64,000 bases of DNA from Treponema sp. (GCA_022010055.1 CP091737.1:472076-536075), one strand, 5' to 3'. Positions 45,511 through 56,646 are shown, counted from the first letter of the stretch. Made by a program: numbers and translations. The notes: a model not told the origin generated them from the letters alone.

Positions 45511-47526
45511 ATGAAGTTAAGACGACGTTTTGCTATTATCGCTTTTATTTGTGCCGTAGAAATGTTTATTCTTGCAACGCTCACAATGCTTGGGGCAAGT
45601 TTTGTTCAACGGCTTCAGAATTTTAAGTTTCTGGAGCAGGAATGTCAGTTTGATGTTGCGGACATGATTAACTATCTGAATCAGACTGTATATTATGGAG
45701 TTGACACGACCCAGGTTTCTTCCGTGTGGAAATCAAAGGTTGTGGAAACAAATAAAAAATTCCATGAATTTACAGGTTATAAAGGATTAAAGTATTTCTC
45801 AAAAGAGCTTAAAGCTGAGGTTGAGAACGCGGACAGCATCTGGATGAAAGTCATAGCCCAGGTGAATCCGTTTAACATGCACTTTCAGAATATACAGAAA
45901 GCTTCAATAACAGAAGATGAAAAAAACTATATTTCGCGGAACGGAATAAAGGCGGGCGCTGAATATTTTGTTGATTCAGAGGCGGTCCAGACAATATGCG
46001 ACAGCACGCTTCTTGTGGAAAATCAGATGAAGGCGCTTATACAGAACGGCAATGACCTCCGCGATATTATGGCGAAAATTAACGTAATGCTCGGGCAGTC
46101 GCTTAGTCATTACACAAATCTTTACAGAATCGGGGTGTTCCTGCTTGGAATAATTTTTTCTGGAATTGTAATAGCAAGCATTCATTACGGAACAACAATT
46201 GTAATTCAGAATATCTGGAGCATGCGGGAAATGTCGCTTGCGCTTTCTGAAAAAGATTTTACAACAAAAATAGTTCCTCAGGGCAGCAATGAAATGCGCG
46301 ATTTGATGAACAACATGAATAATATGGTAAAAGAGATAAATGATTTCTTTATTGTTGTAAAAAAGACTGCGGCAAAGGCAATTTCATCTGGTTACTCAAT
46401 CAACGATTCTTCTTCCGGCACGGCGGCGGCGACAAATGAAATTAACCTTAATATTGAAAATATTACGGATGAATTTGAAAAAATCAACAAATCCATAGAA
46501 CGTTCAGTAGAAGCGGTGAACCAGATTAATATTCAGGTAAAAACTCTTGTGCAGGATAATAACAGGCAGGTTTCCGCTATAAACGAAAGCACAGATGCGG
46601 TAACGAATATGATTCGTGGAATTGAGCAGATTAAGGAAAATGCGGTTTCTCGTTCAAGGATTGCGGCGGAAATGGACGGATTTGTCACCGATGGCGATGA
46701 AAAAATTGCGGCCACAAATAAGATTCTTGGCGAAGTAATGAACCAGCTTGATCAGATAAAGGAAATTGTGACAATCATCAATTCTGTAAGCGCGCAGACG
46801 AACCTTCTTTCTATGAATGCGGCGATTGAGTCTGCCCATGCGGGTGAATACGGCAAGGGTTTTGCTGTTGTCGCGGAGGAAATCCGTTCCCTTGCTATTT
46901 CCACGGCTAACAATGCAAAAAAAATTACGGAATCAATCAAGGGAACTATAGAGGCGGTTACAGAGGCGAACCGCTCCAGCATGCTTGCTTCGGAAGCGTT
47001 TGCAAAAGTTTCAAGTCATTCCAAGGAGATGATTTCGGCTTTTGCCGCCATTACCGGCGAAATTGAGAACATAAACGGACAGACAAAGCATATTACCGAA
47101 AAGACAAGCATAACAGCTTCAACGGCGGACAAAATCAAACACTACTGCGAAAATCTTGCGCAAAATCAGGAGACGGTCGCCTTTGAAATTTCTGCCGTAA
47201 GCGGACTTTTTAACAAGGCTTTCGGCGGGATTAAGGAAATTAATGCCGGAACTGAAGAAATTGTAAAAAGAATGGCGGCGGTCGGTTCGTTGAGCAAGGA
47301 AAGCTACAAGAATATGACTGAGCTTGAAAACGTGCTTGAAGAATTTAAAACAACGAGCGACGAGTCCGAGGAAGTTCAGCAGGAAATTGAAAATTCAGCG
47401 ATTGAAAACATCATTTCACCGGAACTGCAGGCACAGCTTGAGGCGGATTTTGGCAGCGCGGAACACGCAGATTCAGGAGTTGAATTTGACCCTTCCGCAG
47501 TGCCCGACGAAACTTCCGGAAGCTAA
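45511..47526 (+). CDS. Methyl-accepting chemotaxis protein
   Basis: Two TMs, HAMP and QTNLLSMNAAIESAHAGEYGKGFAVVAEEIR. Confidence 0.95.
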   Translation: MKLRRRFAIIAFICAVEMFILATLTMLGASFVQRLQNFKFLEQECQFDVADMINYLNQTVYYGVDTTQVSSVWKSKVVETNKKFHEFTGYKGLKYFSKELKAEVENADSIWMKVIAQVNPFNMHFQNIQKASITEDEKNYISRNGIKAGAEYFVDSEAVQTICDSTLLVENQMKALIQNGNDLRDIMAKINVMLGQSLSHYTNLYRIGVFLLGIIFSGIVIASIHYGTTIVIQNIWSMREMSLALSEKDFTTKIVPQGSNEMRDLMNNMNNMVKEINDFFIVVKKTAAKAISSGYSINDSSSGTAAATNEINLNIENITDEFEKINKSIERSVEAVNQINIQVKTLVQDNNRQVSAINESTDAVTNMIRGIEQIKENAVSRSRIAAEMDGFVTDGDEKIAATNKILGEVMNQLDQIKEIVTIINSVSAQTNLLSMNAAIESAHAGEYGKGFAVVAEEIRSLAISTANNAKKITESIKGTIEAVTEANRSSMLASEAFAKVSSHSKEMISAFAAITGEIENINGQTKHITEKTSITASTADKIKHYCENLAQNQETVAFEISAVSGLFNKAFGGIKEINAGTEEIVKRMAAVGSLSKESYKNMTELENVLEEFKTTSDESEEVQQEIENSAIENIISPELQAQLEADFGSAEHADSGVEFDPSAVPDETSGS

Positions 47527-47633
47527 GTAAATTCTGCGGAATCAGGTGCTGCCCCGGATTTTGACGAAATGTTCGAGAATATCCCGGACGAGAATCAATA
47601 GGAATTTTGCATTTTTTTATTGAATTCTTTAGT

Positions 47634-47662
47634 TTGACGGCACGGTATTAATATGGTATATT
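47634..47662 (+). promoter_or_regulatory. Sigma70 promoter of the candidate antitoxin RNA
   Basis: TTGACG-17 nt-TATATT with TGn extension. Confidence 0.7.
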
Positions 47663-47668
47663 GGAAGA

Positions 47669-47752
47669 AAGGAAAGGCCCGAACTTTGGGTTATCTCCAC
47701 AGTAGTTCGAATAACCGCTTTCTGTGAGTCAAACTGAAGCGGTTATTTTTTT
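47669..47752 (+). ncRNA. Candidate antisense antitoxin RNA, about 84 nt
   Basis: Runs from the promoter to terminator aataaccgctt...aagcggttatttttt; convergent with the small hydrophobic ORF. Confidence 0.6.
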
Positions 47753-47858
47753 AACTCTTCTTATTTTTTAGGTAAGAGAGTACTGCGATAACTGTGCCAA
47801 TAGCAGTGCATATACAACCGATAGTTGCAAGGACTGCTAAAAAAAGGTCTAAAGTCAT
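47751..47858 (-). CDS. 35-aa single-TM peptide, candidate type I toxin
   Basis: MTLDLFLAVLATIGCICTAIGTVIAVLSYLKNKKS*; GGGGGT SD; hydrophobic helix with basic tail. Confidence 0.75.
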   Translation of the reverse strand: MTLDLFLAVLATIGCICTAIGTVIAVLSYLKNKKS

Positions 47859-48132
47859 GCAAACCCCCGTAATTCAAATTTCAGCCAACGCTGATTGAGT
47901 TCGGGAGATAACCGCCGCAATTAAAATTGCCGTGTGTGTTTTTTTCAAAACCCACGCCTGTTCAGGCATTTCCAATGGTTCGATTCTATCATGGTTTAAT
48001 TATACTGTAAATGTGTAAAGTGTAATTTTGAATCAATGTTTTTAGGAAAAAATCAGATAAAAACGGCGGTTTCTGTGTCGTGTTCCGTGTCGTTGAAAAG
48101 ATTGAGCGGTTTCAATATAATATTTAGTTATT

Positions 48133-49748
48133 ATGAGTAACAATAACGAAAAGAATTCACAGTTCAGCCACTGGGCGGATCAGATGGCTGATAAAATCAT
48201 CAGGGAAAAAGGCGACCTTGATTCATATACTTGCGCATCTGGAATTACTCCTTCTGGAACTGTGCATATCGGCAACTTCCGGGAAATTATTACGGTTGAT
48301 CTTGTTGTGCGCGCTTTGCGTGACCGCGGTAAGAACGTCCGCTTTATTTATTCATGGGATGACTATGACGTTTCCGCAAAGTTCCGGCGAATATGCCTGA
48401 CCCGGAGATTCTTGAAAAATATTTAAGGTATCCGATTACGATGGTTCCCGATACAACCGGAAGAAATGAGAACTATGCGCGCCACCACGAGGTTGACATT
48501 GAAAAGGAACTTCCGCGTGTAGGAATTAATCCCGAATTTTTGTATCAGGCTTCGCGCTACAGGGCAAACCGTTATGCGGAAGGAATGAAAAAAGCTTTGC
48601 AGAACCGCGAGCTTATCAAGGAATGTCTTAATGAATACCGCGATGAGCAGCACAAGATGAAGCCTGAAGATGTATACTGGCCGGTTTCTGTTTTCTGCGG
48701 AAAATGCAACAAGGATACAACTGAAATTACAGGTTATGACGGTGAATACGGTATTTCCTATAAATGCGAATGCGGTAACTGTGAGACTGCTGACTTGAGG
48801 ACTTTTAAGGGCGCGAAGCTTGGCTGGCGGGTTGACTGGCCTATGCGCTGGAACGAGGAAAAAGTTGTGTTTGAGCCGGGTGGAAAAGATCACATTTCTC
48901 CGGGCGGTTCTTATGATACTGCTAAACTTGTTTCTAAGAAAATCTATAATTGGGACGCGCCGATTACAATGCGTTACGACTTTGTGAATCTTAAGGGTGT
49001 TCCTGGAAAAATGTCTTCTTCAAAAGGAAAGGTTATTTCTCTGGTTGATGCGCTTGAAGTTTATCAGCCTGAGGTTCTGCGATATATTTTTGCCGGAACA
49101 AGACCTAATACGGAATTTGCAATTTCTTTTGACCTTGATGTGAATAAAGTCTATGAAGATTATGATAAGACTGAGCGTATTGTATGGGGCGTAGATAAGG
49201 CAAAATCTGAGGATGTTCTTGCAAAAGAAAAGAGAATTTATATTCTTTCGCAGATTGACGGAAAAATGCCTTCTGTTATGCCTTATCAGATTGGTTTCAG
49301 GATGATGACTACATTGCTTCAGACTTATTCCGGAGATATTGATGCTGTAATAAAATCTTTGGGAGATGTTAAGCCTGAGCAGGAAGCGGCTTTGCGCCGC
49401 CGTGCGCAGTGCGCCTGGTATTGGATTCGGGAATGCGCGCCATCATGCGCGGAAGATTTCTGCTTTGCGTTAAGAGAGGATGGTTCAAAGGCTGACTTGT
49501 CCGGCGATATGCTTGCGGCTGTAAAGCGTGTCCGCGATGAAGTTGTGCCGCGTGTCGGAAGTTTTGCCCTGGACAAGGAATGTCAGCAGGCGATGTACGA
49601 CATCGCTACGGAACTTGGTATTGATGCAAAGGCTTTGTTTACGGCGTTGTATCAGGCGCTGATTGGAAAGGACCAGGGGCCGCGCCTGGCTTCGTTCATG
49701 AAAATTATCGGAAAGGAAAAACTTCAGAAAATACTTTCTGTATATTAA
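48133..49748 (+). CDS. lysS: Class I lysine--tRNA ligase (frameshift near 48372)
   Basis: [33 protein letters not shown] and KMSSSKG. Confidence 0.96.
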
Positions 49749-49759
49749 AAATAATTCCG

Positions 49760-49938
49760 GTTTTTTTTTGCAAATTATGAAAGAACGCTCTCGGCAGATT
49801 TCCAATTTGCTCAGATGGATTTGGCTCGAATTCGGGTGCTCCGCACTTTTATTAATTCAATCGCCAAAAATCTTCACAAATTGTAAATCTGCCTGCGCTT
49901 TTATTCTTTTTAGAAAAAACTCGACATTCGGGCTATTT
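49760..49938. mobile_element. MITE-like element family A, inverted copy
   Basis: Reverse-complement match to the 43560-43765 interior; ends aaaaaactcgacattcgggctattt. Confidence 0.8.
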
Positions 49939-51936
49939 ATTGTCTTTCAGAAGTTGCCTGCCTGCGCGTTTTTCTTAGGCCTGTGCAGCCAAGGGCGCGC
50001 ATTGAATTCAGTACGGCAAGGAATGAAACTCCTACATCGCCGAATACGGCAAGCCACATAGAGCCGATTCCAATTCCGCTTGCAAGCATAATCAGAACTT
50101 TTATTCCAATGGAAAATACGATGTTCTGGCGTACAATTGACATTGTTTTCTTTGAAATTTTGATTGAGTCTGCGACTTTTGAAGGTTCATCCGTCATTAT
50201 GACAACATCTGCGGATTCAATCGCCGCGTCTGAGCCAAGCGCGCCCATTGCGATTCCAACATCCGCGCGGGCAAGAACCGGCGCGTCGTTTATTCCATCC
50301 CCTGCAAAAGCGACTTTGCCGTTGCTGTTCTTTAATTCTTCCAGAAGAATTTCTATTTTTGAAACTTTGTCCTGAGGAAGCAGTTCTGAAAAAACTTCTG
50401 TAATTCCCAGCTGGGAAGCCGCTTTTTCCGCCGCCTTGCCGCTGTCTCCGGTAAGCATTACGATTTTTGAAACACCGGTTTTTTTCAGGTTTTTTACCGC
50501 GGTTTTAGCGTCGTCCTTTATCTGGTCAGAAATAACAATAAATCCAAGATATTTTCCGTTTTCTGCTATATGGATTATTGTTCCTGCCTTTTCTTTTGCG
50601 GCTCCGGCATCAAAGTTCAAGACTTTGTTCTCTTTAAGGAGTGTTTCGTTTCCGGCAAGAACAATGTTTCCGTTAAGGTTGACTTTTATTCCCTGTCCGG
50701 CAATTTCTTCCGCATCTGAAAGATTCTGTCTTTTGCAGCATTCTCCGGAATGAGCCGCGCCGAGCGACTTTGCTACCGGATGGTTTGATTTTGCTTCCGC
50801 GTGCGCTGCAAGTGCAATCAGCGCATCCTTGGATATTGAGGCATCTGCAGGACAGATTTCACTCACCGCGAAATACCCTTTGTAAGTGTTCCTGTCTTGT
50901 CAAAAACGGCTGTTCTTATTCTGGAAAGCGCTTCCACCGAGGATGAGCCTTTCATCAGGATTCCGTTTCTGCTGGCGGCGCCGATTCCTCCAAAAAAAGT
51001 AAGCGGCACAGAAATTACGATTGCGCATGGGCAGGAAACGACAAGAAAAGAGATTGCCCTGTAAACCCATTCGCTCCATTGCCATTCACCTTTTGAAAGC
51101 CCGATTGTTATTGACGGAATGATTGCGACTGAAAGGGCAAGAATACATACTGCCGGCGTATAGATTCTGCTGAATCTTGTGATGAACCGTTCTGTTTTTG
51201 TCTTTTTCTGGCTTGAAAACTCAACCATTTTTATTATTCTGGATGCGGCGGAATCTTCGGAAAGTCGTACAGTTCTTATTTCTATAGCGGAATTTTTATT
51301 GATTGCGCCGGAAAAAACTTCTGCGCCTTCGGTGATTTCCACAGGAACTGATTCTCCGGTGATTGCCGAATTGTCCAGAAAGGAGCTGCCCTTTGTGATT
51401 ATCCCGTCTACTGGGATTCTTTCGCCGGGTTTTACAACTATTGTCTCGCCAGGCTGAACTTCCTCTGCCTTTACGGTTATTTCCTTTCCGCCGCGGATTA
51501 CATTTGCCGTGTCGGGGCGTATTTCCATTAGCGCATTGATTGATTTTTCTGATTTGTCTACTGCGTAATCCTCAAAGCGTTCGCCAATCTGATAAAAAAG
51601 CATGATTGCGACTGCCTCCGGAAGCTGGCCGATACAGACTGCTCCTAGTGAGGCAACGGACATAAGGAATTTTTCGTCAAAAAATTCGCCGCGCAGGATA
51701 TTTTTTACCGCGCTTTTTACGACTACGTAGCCGACTAAAAGGTATGCGGCAAGACAAATGCCTGTAAAAATATACTGCTGGTATGTGTCAATCAGATAAA
51801 AGTTTTTTATGAAATCTGAAAGTTTTATATGTTCAAGAATTTCTGCGGCCACAAGAAGGATTCCTGCGGTTATTATTCTTGCCAGGGAAATTTCATTTTC
51901 TTCATGTTCGTCTTTTTCAATGTGTTCGTTTTGCAT
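49937..51936 (-). CDS. P1B heavy-metal ATPase, Zn/Cd type (frameshift near 50870)
   Basis: TGES, SCPCA, DKTGT, MLTGD and GDGINDAP. Confidence 0.93.
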
Positions 51937-51986
51937 TGCAGCCTCCTAAAAAGTCCACGTGTTTGATTTTGCGCGCCGGGCTTTGG

Positions 51987-52298
51987 CTATTCGCCAATGT
52001 GGTCTAGCCCCTGCGCAAGTATTGAATGTACGTGCGCGTCTGCGAGCGAGTAAATAAGCGATTTTCCATCGCGCGTAAATTTTACAAGTCCGTTTGATTT
52101 TAGAATCCGCAGCTGATGGCTTACGGCGGACTGCGTCATTCCAAGAACTTCAGCGATTGCGTTTACTGACATTTCGTTATCCAGCAGGACAAAAAGGATT
52201 TTTATCCGCGTTGAATCTCCGAAAATCTTAAAAAGCTCCGCAAGGTCAAAAAGTGTGTCTTCGTCGGGCATTGTGTCTGTGATTTCTTGTCCGTCCAT
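51987..52298 (-). CDS. ArsR/SmtB metalloregulator
   Basis: FKIFGDSTRIKIL, QSAVSHQLR and DAHV...H alpha5-type ligands. Confidence 0.93.
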   Translation of the reverse strand: MDGQEITDTMPDEDTLFDLAELFKIFGDSTRIKILFVLLDNEMSVNAIAEVLGMTQSAVSHQLRILKSNGLVKFTRDGKSLIYSLADAHVHSILAQGLDHIGE

Positions 52299-52323
52299 AA
52301 AATCTCCTTGTGTTTTTGTTATT

Positions 52324-52345
52324 CATTTGAACAACTGTTCATATA
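52324..52345. promoter_or_regulatory. ArsR/SmtB-type operator
   Basis: Inverted repeat TGAACA-AC-TGTTCA (52328-52341) just upstream of the regulator. Confidence 0.75.
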
Positions 52346-52418
52346 TTAATATGGTAAAACTTTTCTGTCAAGAAATAGCGGACGGAATTTGACTTTTTAT
52401 AAATAGCCCGGCAGTCCG

Positions 52419-52772
52419 TTATCCTTTTATTTCTTTTACAGAATTGTCGCCGTTAAGAAGTATGATTCTTGGATTCCAGTTTTCTGCCAGAGGCTCTTCG
52501 ATTGTTGTGTACGTTACGATTATCACCTTGTCGCCGGGGCATGCTTTTCTGGCCGCCGCGCCGTTCAGGCATATTTCACCTTTTTTTCCGGGAATTATAT
52601 AGGTTGAAAAACGTTCGCCGTTGTTTACGTTCAGAATGTCGACTTTTTCCCATGTGTGCATTCCCGCCTTTTTGCAAAGTTCCGTGTCTATGCTGATAGA
52701 ACCTTCATAATTTAAATTTGCGTCTGTTACGGTTGCCCGGTGAAGTTTTGCCTTTAATACTGTTATTTCCAT
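52419..52772 (-). CDS. panD: Aspartate 1-decarboxylase
   Basis: KAKLHRATVT, YEGSISID and CLNGAAAR. Confidence 0.96.
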   Translation of the reverse strand: MEITVLKAKLHRATVTDANLNYEGSISIDTELCKKAGMHTWEKVDILNVNNGERFSTYIIPGKKGEICLNGAAARKACPGDKVIIVTYTTIEEPLAENWNPRIILLNGDNSVKEIKG

Positions 52773-52816
52773 TTTATTTCCTTTTTTTTAGTTTTTTGGT
52801 TCCCTGCGCCTGAATT

Positions 52817-53583
52817 TTATGAGTTCATCTCTACGGCTTTTTTTACACCGGAAAGAACCAGCTCCGGACAGAATTCGTCGAAAATCCGGTAATCTTCAAA
52901 TCCTTGAAAAACCGCCGGTTGCGACAATCAGAGGCTTTTCGTCTTTGAATACATTTTTTGTAAATATGTAAGTAAGTTCCTTAAGCGCGCCGGCGTTTCC
53001 AAAGTAAAGTCCGTTCTGGATTGCTTCTGTTGTCGTGCTTCCGCAGATATGCTCAGGTTTCTGGATTTCCACAGAAGGAAGTTTTGCCGTTCCGCTTGCA
53101 AGCGCTTCTGCGCTGATTTTTAGACCCGGCAGGATTGCGCCGCCAAGGTATTCCTTGTTTTTTGTTACACAGTCAACGGTGGTCGCCGTTCCCATGTCTA
53201 TTATTATAAGGTTTTTTTCCGGAAAAAGTTCTGTAGCGCCGATTGCGCCGGCGATTCTGTCTGCTCCGATTTCCTTGGGATTTGAGTATTTAAGCTTTAA
53301 GCCTGTTTATTCCTGCCTGAATGAAAATCGGCTCTATCTTAAAATATTTTGCAATTGCGCTTGAAAGCGAATAGTTTATTGCCGGAACAACGCTGCATAC
53401 TCCGATTTTATGTATTTTTTGCCATTCAAAACTGTTTTCCCGCAGCACCGACCGTAAAAAAATCCCGATTTCATCCGAGCTTGAGTTTGCTTTTGTCGCG
53501 CTCCTGAACTGCAATACCAGCTGGTCGTCCTTAAAAAGACCGCCGGTTATCTGAGTGTTGCCCACGTCTAAAGTCAATATCAT
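52817..53583 (-). CDS. coaX: Type III pantothenate kinase (two frameshifts)
   Basis: LDVGNT, IGADRI, DMGTATTVD, GGAILPG and ATGG. Confidence 0.92.
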
Positions 53584-53607
53584 AAGTTTCCTCGCATTTA
53601 TTTTTAT

Positions 53608-53681
53608 GGGGAAAGTCTCCCCTACGGTCGCACTTCGTTGCGTCCTACCCCTTCTATGGGGACACCCCATAACGCCCCGTT
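53608..53681. repeat. Palindromic element family B copy forming the coaBC 3' end
   Basis: ggggaaagtctcccctacggtcgcacttcgttgcgtcctacccc; contains the coaBC stop codon. Confidence 0.75.
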
Positions 53682-54884
53682 CAGGGTTTCTGCAAGTTCC
53701 TGAAGGGTTTGTGTCTCGGCTATTATTCTATCAGAGTTTTTAAAAATTTTGCACGGATGCAGGTCGCCTGATATTCTTGATTTTTCATTTTGCACAACAA
53801 AATCCGGGGCAAAATCTTTTTGTGCCAAAAAGATTTTTTTTACGGCATTTTGCTGTTCTTCTTCACTTGCGCCGCTTGTTAATTTAAATGCCGCAAGTTT
53901 TGTGCTGTTGCCGCTCCACTGCTTGATTTTGTAAAGAAGCTTGGGATTTTCCTGCATCTTCAGAAGGATTTCTTTTCCTGAAGGAATTTTTGAGATTGCG
54001 CCGCCCGGAAAAATCTTTCCGTCAACACAAATCTCCTGGACGCTGTAGTCGCTTACAGCCGCCGCGTGTATTATTGCGCCGTAATTTGAATTTTTACATT
54101 CAGATTCAAGAAGTTTCTGCAAATCTGAAAAGGTTCTGTACGTGATTATTCTTGCGTCTTTTGGTTTTTGCGCATTTTCTGCCATAAGCGCCGTTACGTC
54201 TGCGCCTTTTTTGCAAAAAAAATCAGCAAGAAAGGCCGCGGTTCTGCCTGTTGAAAAATTTGTTATGTAGCGGACTGTATCAATCGGCTCGCAGGTTCCG
54301 CCGCCTGTAATAAGAATCTTCATGTTGACTTCCTGATTTTTACATTCAGTAAAATATTCTTCTATAAAATCAAATGCTTTTTCCGGGGAAATAAGCCGGC
54401 CGTCTCCTGTTGTTCCGCAGGCAAGAAGTCCGCTTTCTGCAGGAAGAATTTTTGCGCCCCAGGATTCAAGTTTTTTTAAGTTTTCCTGGACGCTTGGGTG
54501 ATGGAACATTTGCGTATTCATTGCCGGCGCAAGCAAAAGCGGTTTTGCAAAATTATTTGCAAGGCATACCGCTCCGAACAAATCGTCCGCAAGCCCGGCG
54601 GCAAGGCGGTTTATTGTGTTCGCGCTGCACGGATAGCTAATTATCAAATCCGCCCAGTTTTGCGCAAGGTTTATGTGCGGAATGGGGTCGGAATTATTGA
54701 ACATTTTTGTTTCCAGCTTGTTGTGGCTTAAGCCTTCAAAACTGGCTTTGCCTACAAATTTTAAAGCCGATTTTGTCGCGATTACGCGCACATTGTATCC
54801 GTGTTTTTTTAAAAGGCTTATCAGCGCGCACGATTTGTATGCGGAAATTGAGCCTGAAACGTGAAGAAGAATGTTTTTTTTCAT
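53622..54884 (-). CDS. coaBC: Bifunctional phosphopantothenoylcysteine decarboxylase/synthetase
   Basis: SGSISAYK, PAMNTQM, LACGTTGDGR, ITGGGTCEPIDTVRYITNFSTG and HAAAVSDY. Confidence 0.93.
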   Translation of the reverse strand: MKKNILLHVSGSISAYKSCALISLLKKHGYNVRVIATKSALKFVGKASFEGLSHNKLETKMFNNSDPIPHINLAQNWADLIISYPCSANTINRLAAGLADDLFGAVCLANNFAKPLLLAPAMNTQMFHHPSVQENLKKLESWGAKILPAESGLLACGTTGDGRLISPEKAFDFIEEYFTECKNQEVNMKILITGGGTCEPIDTVRYITNFSTGRTAAFLADFFCKKGADVTALMAENAQKPKDARIITYRTFSDLQKLLESECKNSNYGAIIHAAAVSDYSVQEICVDGKIFPGGAISKIPSGKEILLKMQENPKLLYKIKQWSGNSTKLAAFKLTSGASEEEQQNAVKKIFLAQKDFAPDFVVQNEKSRISGDLHPCKIFKNSDRIIAETQTLQELAETLNGALWGVPIEGVGRNEVRP

Positions 54885-54930
54885 AAAGTCTCCAGAAATT
54901 AGGACGGCCGAAGGCAGCGTCCTGTGCAAT

Positions 54931-55686
54931 TTATAGCTCCAGATTGTCAATCAGGCGCACATTTTCAAGGAAAACTGCTCCGTAGATGTGTCCGTCAAGC
55001 TCGGTAAGGTAATCCACGGTAAATCCCGAGGCTTCAAGTTCTGTTTTTTTCTGGGCGGCGCTTTTGCTGGAAGCAAGAATCTCGTGGAATTTCGGGGCAA
55101 GCGCAAGTCCTTCCGGCGAAAGTTTCCTGTTGCGGCTAGAAAGCGCAAGTCCGTTAGGCTCGCGTACAATCGGGCACGGAATTATGTTTATGTCCAGAAA
55201 AAATGCCTCCGCCATGCCTTTTAAAAGCTTGTACTGCTGGAAATCCTTTTCGCCAAAGTACGCGTTTGTAGGGCGAACAAGGTTAAAAAGTTTCATCACA
55301 ACCGTAAGAACGCCGTCAAAGTGACCGGGACGCGTTGCGCCGCACAAAAGTTTTGAGAATGAATTTTCGGTGATTTTGTATTTGTAGCCGTCCGGGTACA
55401 TTTCTGTGTAATCCGGCGCAAAAAGAAAATCCACACCGGATTTTTCAAGAAGCGCGATGTCGTCCTGAAGGTTCGCCGGGTAGGTTTCCAAATCCTTTTT
55501 GTCGTTGAACTGGGTTGGGTTCAAAAAAACGCTTACGAAAGTGATTTCGTTCTCGCTTTTTGCGCGGTTTATAAGGCTTAAGTGTCCTGCGTGAAGTCCG
55601 CCCATTGTTGGCACAAAGCCGATTTTTTTATTCTGAAGCGATTTCCGCGCTTCTTTTATTTCTTGGATTTTTGTTATTACTTTCAT
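54931..55686 (-). CDS. panC: Pantoate--beta-alanine ligase
   Basis: FVPTMGGLHAGH, RPGHFDGV, FGEKDFQQ and ALSSRN. Confidence 0.96.
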   Translation of the reverse strand: MKVITKIQEIKEARKSLQNKKIGFVPTMGGLHAGHLSLINRAKSENEITFVSVFLNPTQFNDKKDLETYPANLQDDIALLEKSGVDFLFAPDYTEMYPDGYKYKITENSFSKLLCGATRPGHFDGVLTVVMKLFNLVRPTNAYFGEKDFQQYKLLKGMAEAFFLDINIIPCPIVREPNGLALSSRNRKLSPEGLALAPKFHEILASSKSAAQKKTELEASGFTVDYLTELDGHIYGAVFLENVRLIDNLEL

Positions 55687-56460
55687 TTTGATTCCTCTGG
55701 TCCTGGAAAATTCTGTTCTGCAACGTCTTTTGCGTAGCTGTTTAGCGCGTTTTCTATCAATTCCGCGCCGTTAAGATACTGGCGCACGAATCTTGGGCGG
55801 AATCCGCTCATTCCGAGCATATCCTGAAGCACAAGAACCTGTCCGTCTGTTTCAGCTCCTGCCCCGATTCCGATTGTCGGAATTTTCACGCTTTCTGTGA
55901 TTTTTTCTGCAAGCCCACAGGGAATACATTCCAGGACGATTGCCACGCAGCCGAGTTCTTCCGCAAGTTTCGCCTCTTCAATGATTTTGGATGCGGTTTC
56001 TTCAGTTTTTCCCTGCATCTTGTGTCCGCCAAAAGCCTGATAAAACTGCGGAGTTAGCCCTAGGTGGCTCATAACCGGGATTCCGCTTAAGACAAGATGG
56101 CGGATAATTTCTTCCTGCCCGAAATTCCTTCAATCTTTACGCAGTTTGCGCCGGCAACAAGAAGTTTTCCTGCGCAGTCCGTTGCAAACTCAATGCCTTT
56201 CCGCGTGGTTAAAAACGGCATGTCTGAAACAATATATTTTTTGGTTCCGTTACGCACGCTTCTTGTGTGTTCTTCCATCCATTCCATTTTTGCAGGAATC
56301 GTTGTGCTTTCGCCGTGCATTACCATGCTAAGACTGTCGCCGATAAGAAGGCAGTCAATGTCTGTTTTTCCGCAATGCGCGCAAAAGTCGTGTCGTAGCA
56401 CGTGACCATGGAAATTTTGTGTTTTTCCGATTTGTACTTAAAAAAATCAAGAGTAGTCAT
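55683..56460 (-). CDS. panB: 3-methyl-2-oxobutanoate hydroxymethyltransferase (two frameshifts)
   Basis: SMVTCYD, LIGDSL, SDMPF, HLGLTPQ and IGIGAG..DGQVLV. Confidence 0.93.
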
Positions 56461-56560
56461 AGTACCTGTCCTTTTAGATCAAGTCTTTTGTAAAAGAGCG
56501 TTATTTTTGCGGAAACAAAAGTCGCCGCAGCGAATCAATCCCCTTCCGGGTGACTGTTCC
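56461..56560 (-). ncRNA. Structured 5' leader of the pan operon (pan RNA motif-like)
   Basis: Two hairpins of the same architecture, each with two bulged A residues; the second occludes the panB RBS. Confidence 0.6.
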
Positions 56561-56646
56561 AGATTAGTTTAGTGTTTTTTAATGTTTGCGTAAATATGAT
56601 TTTTTTTGCATTTGCAAAATTCAAAAATAACGGCAATAATCATTTT

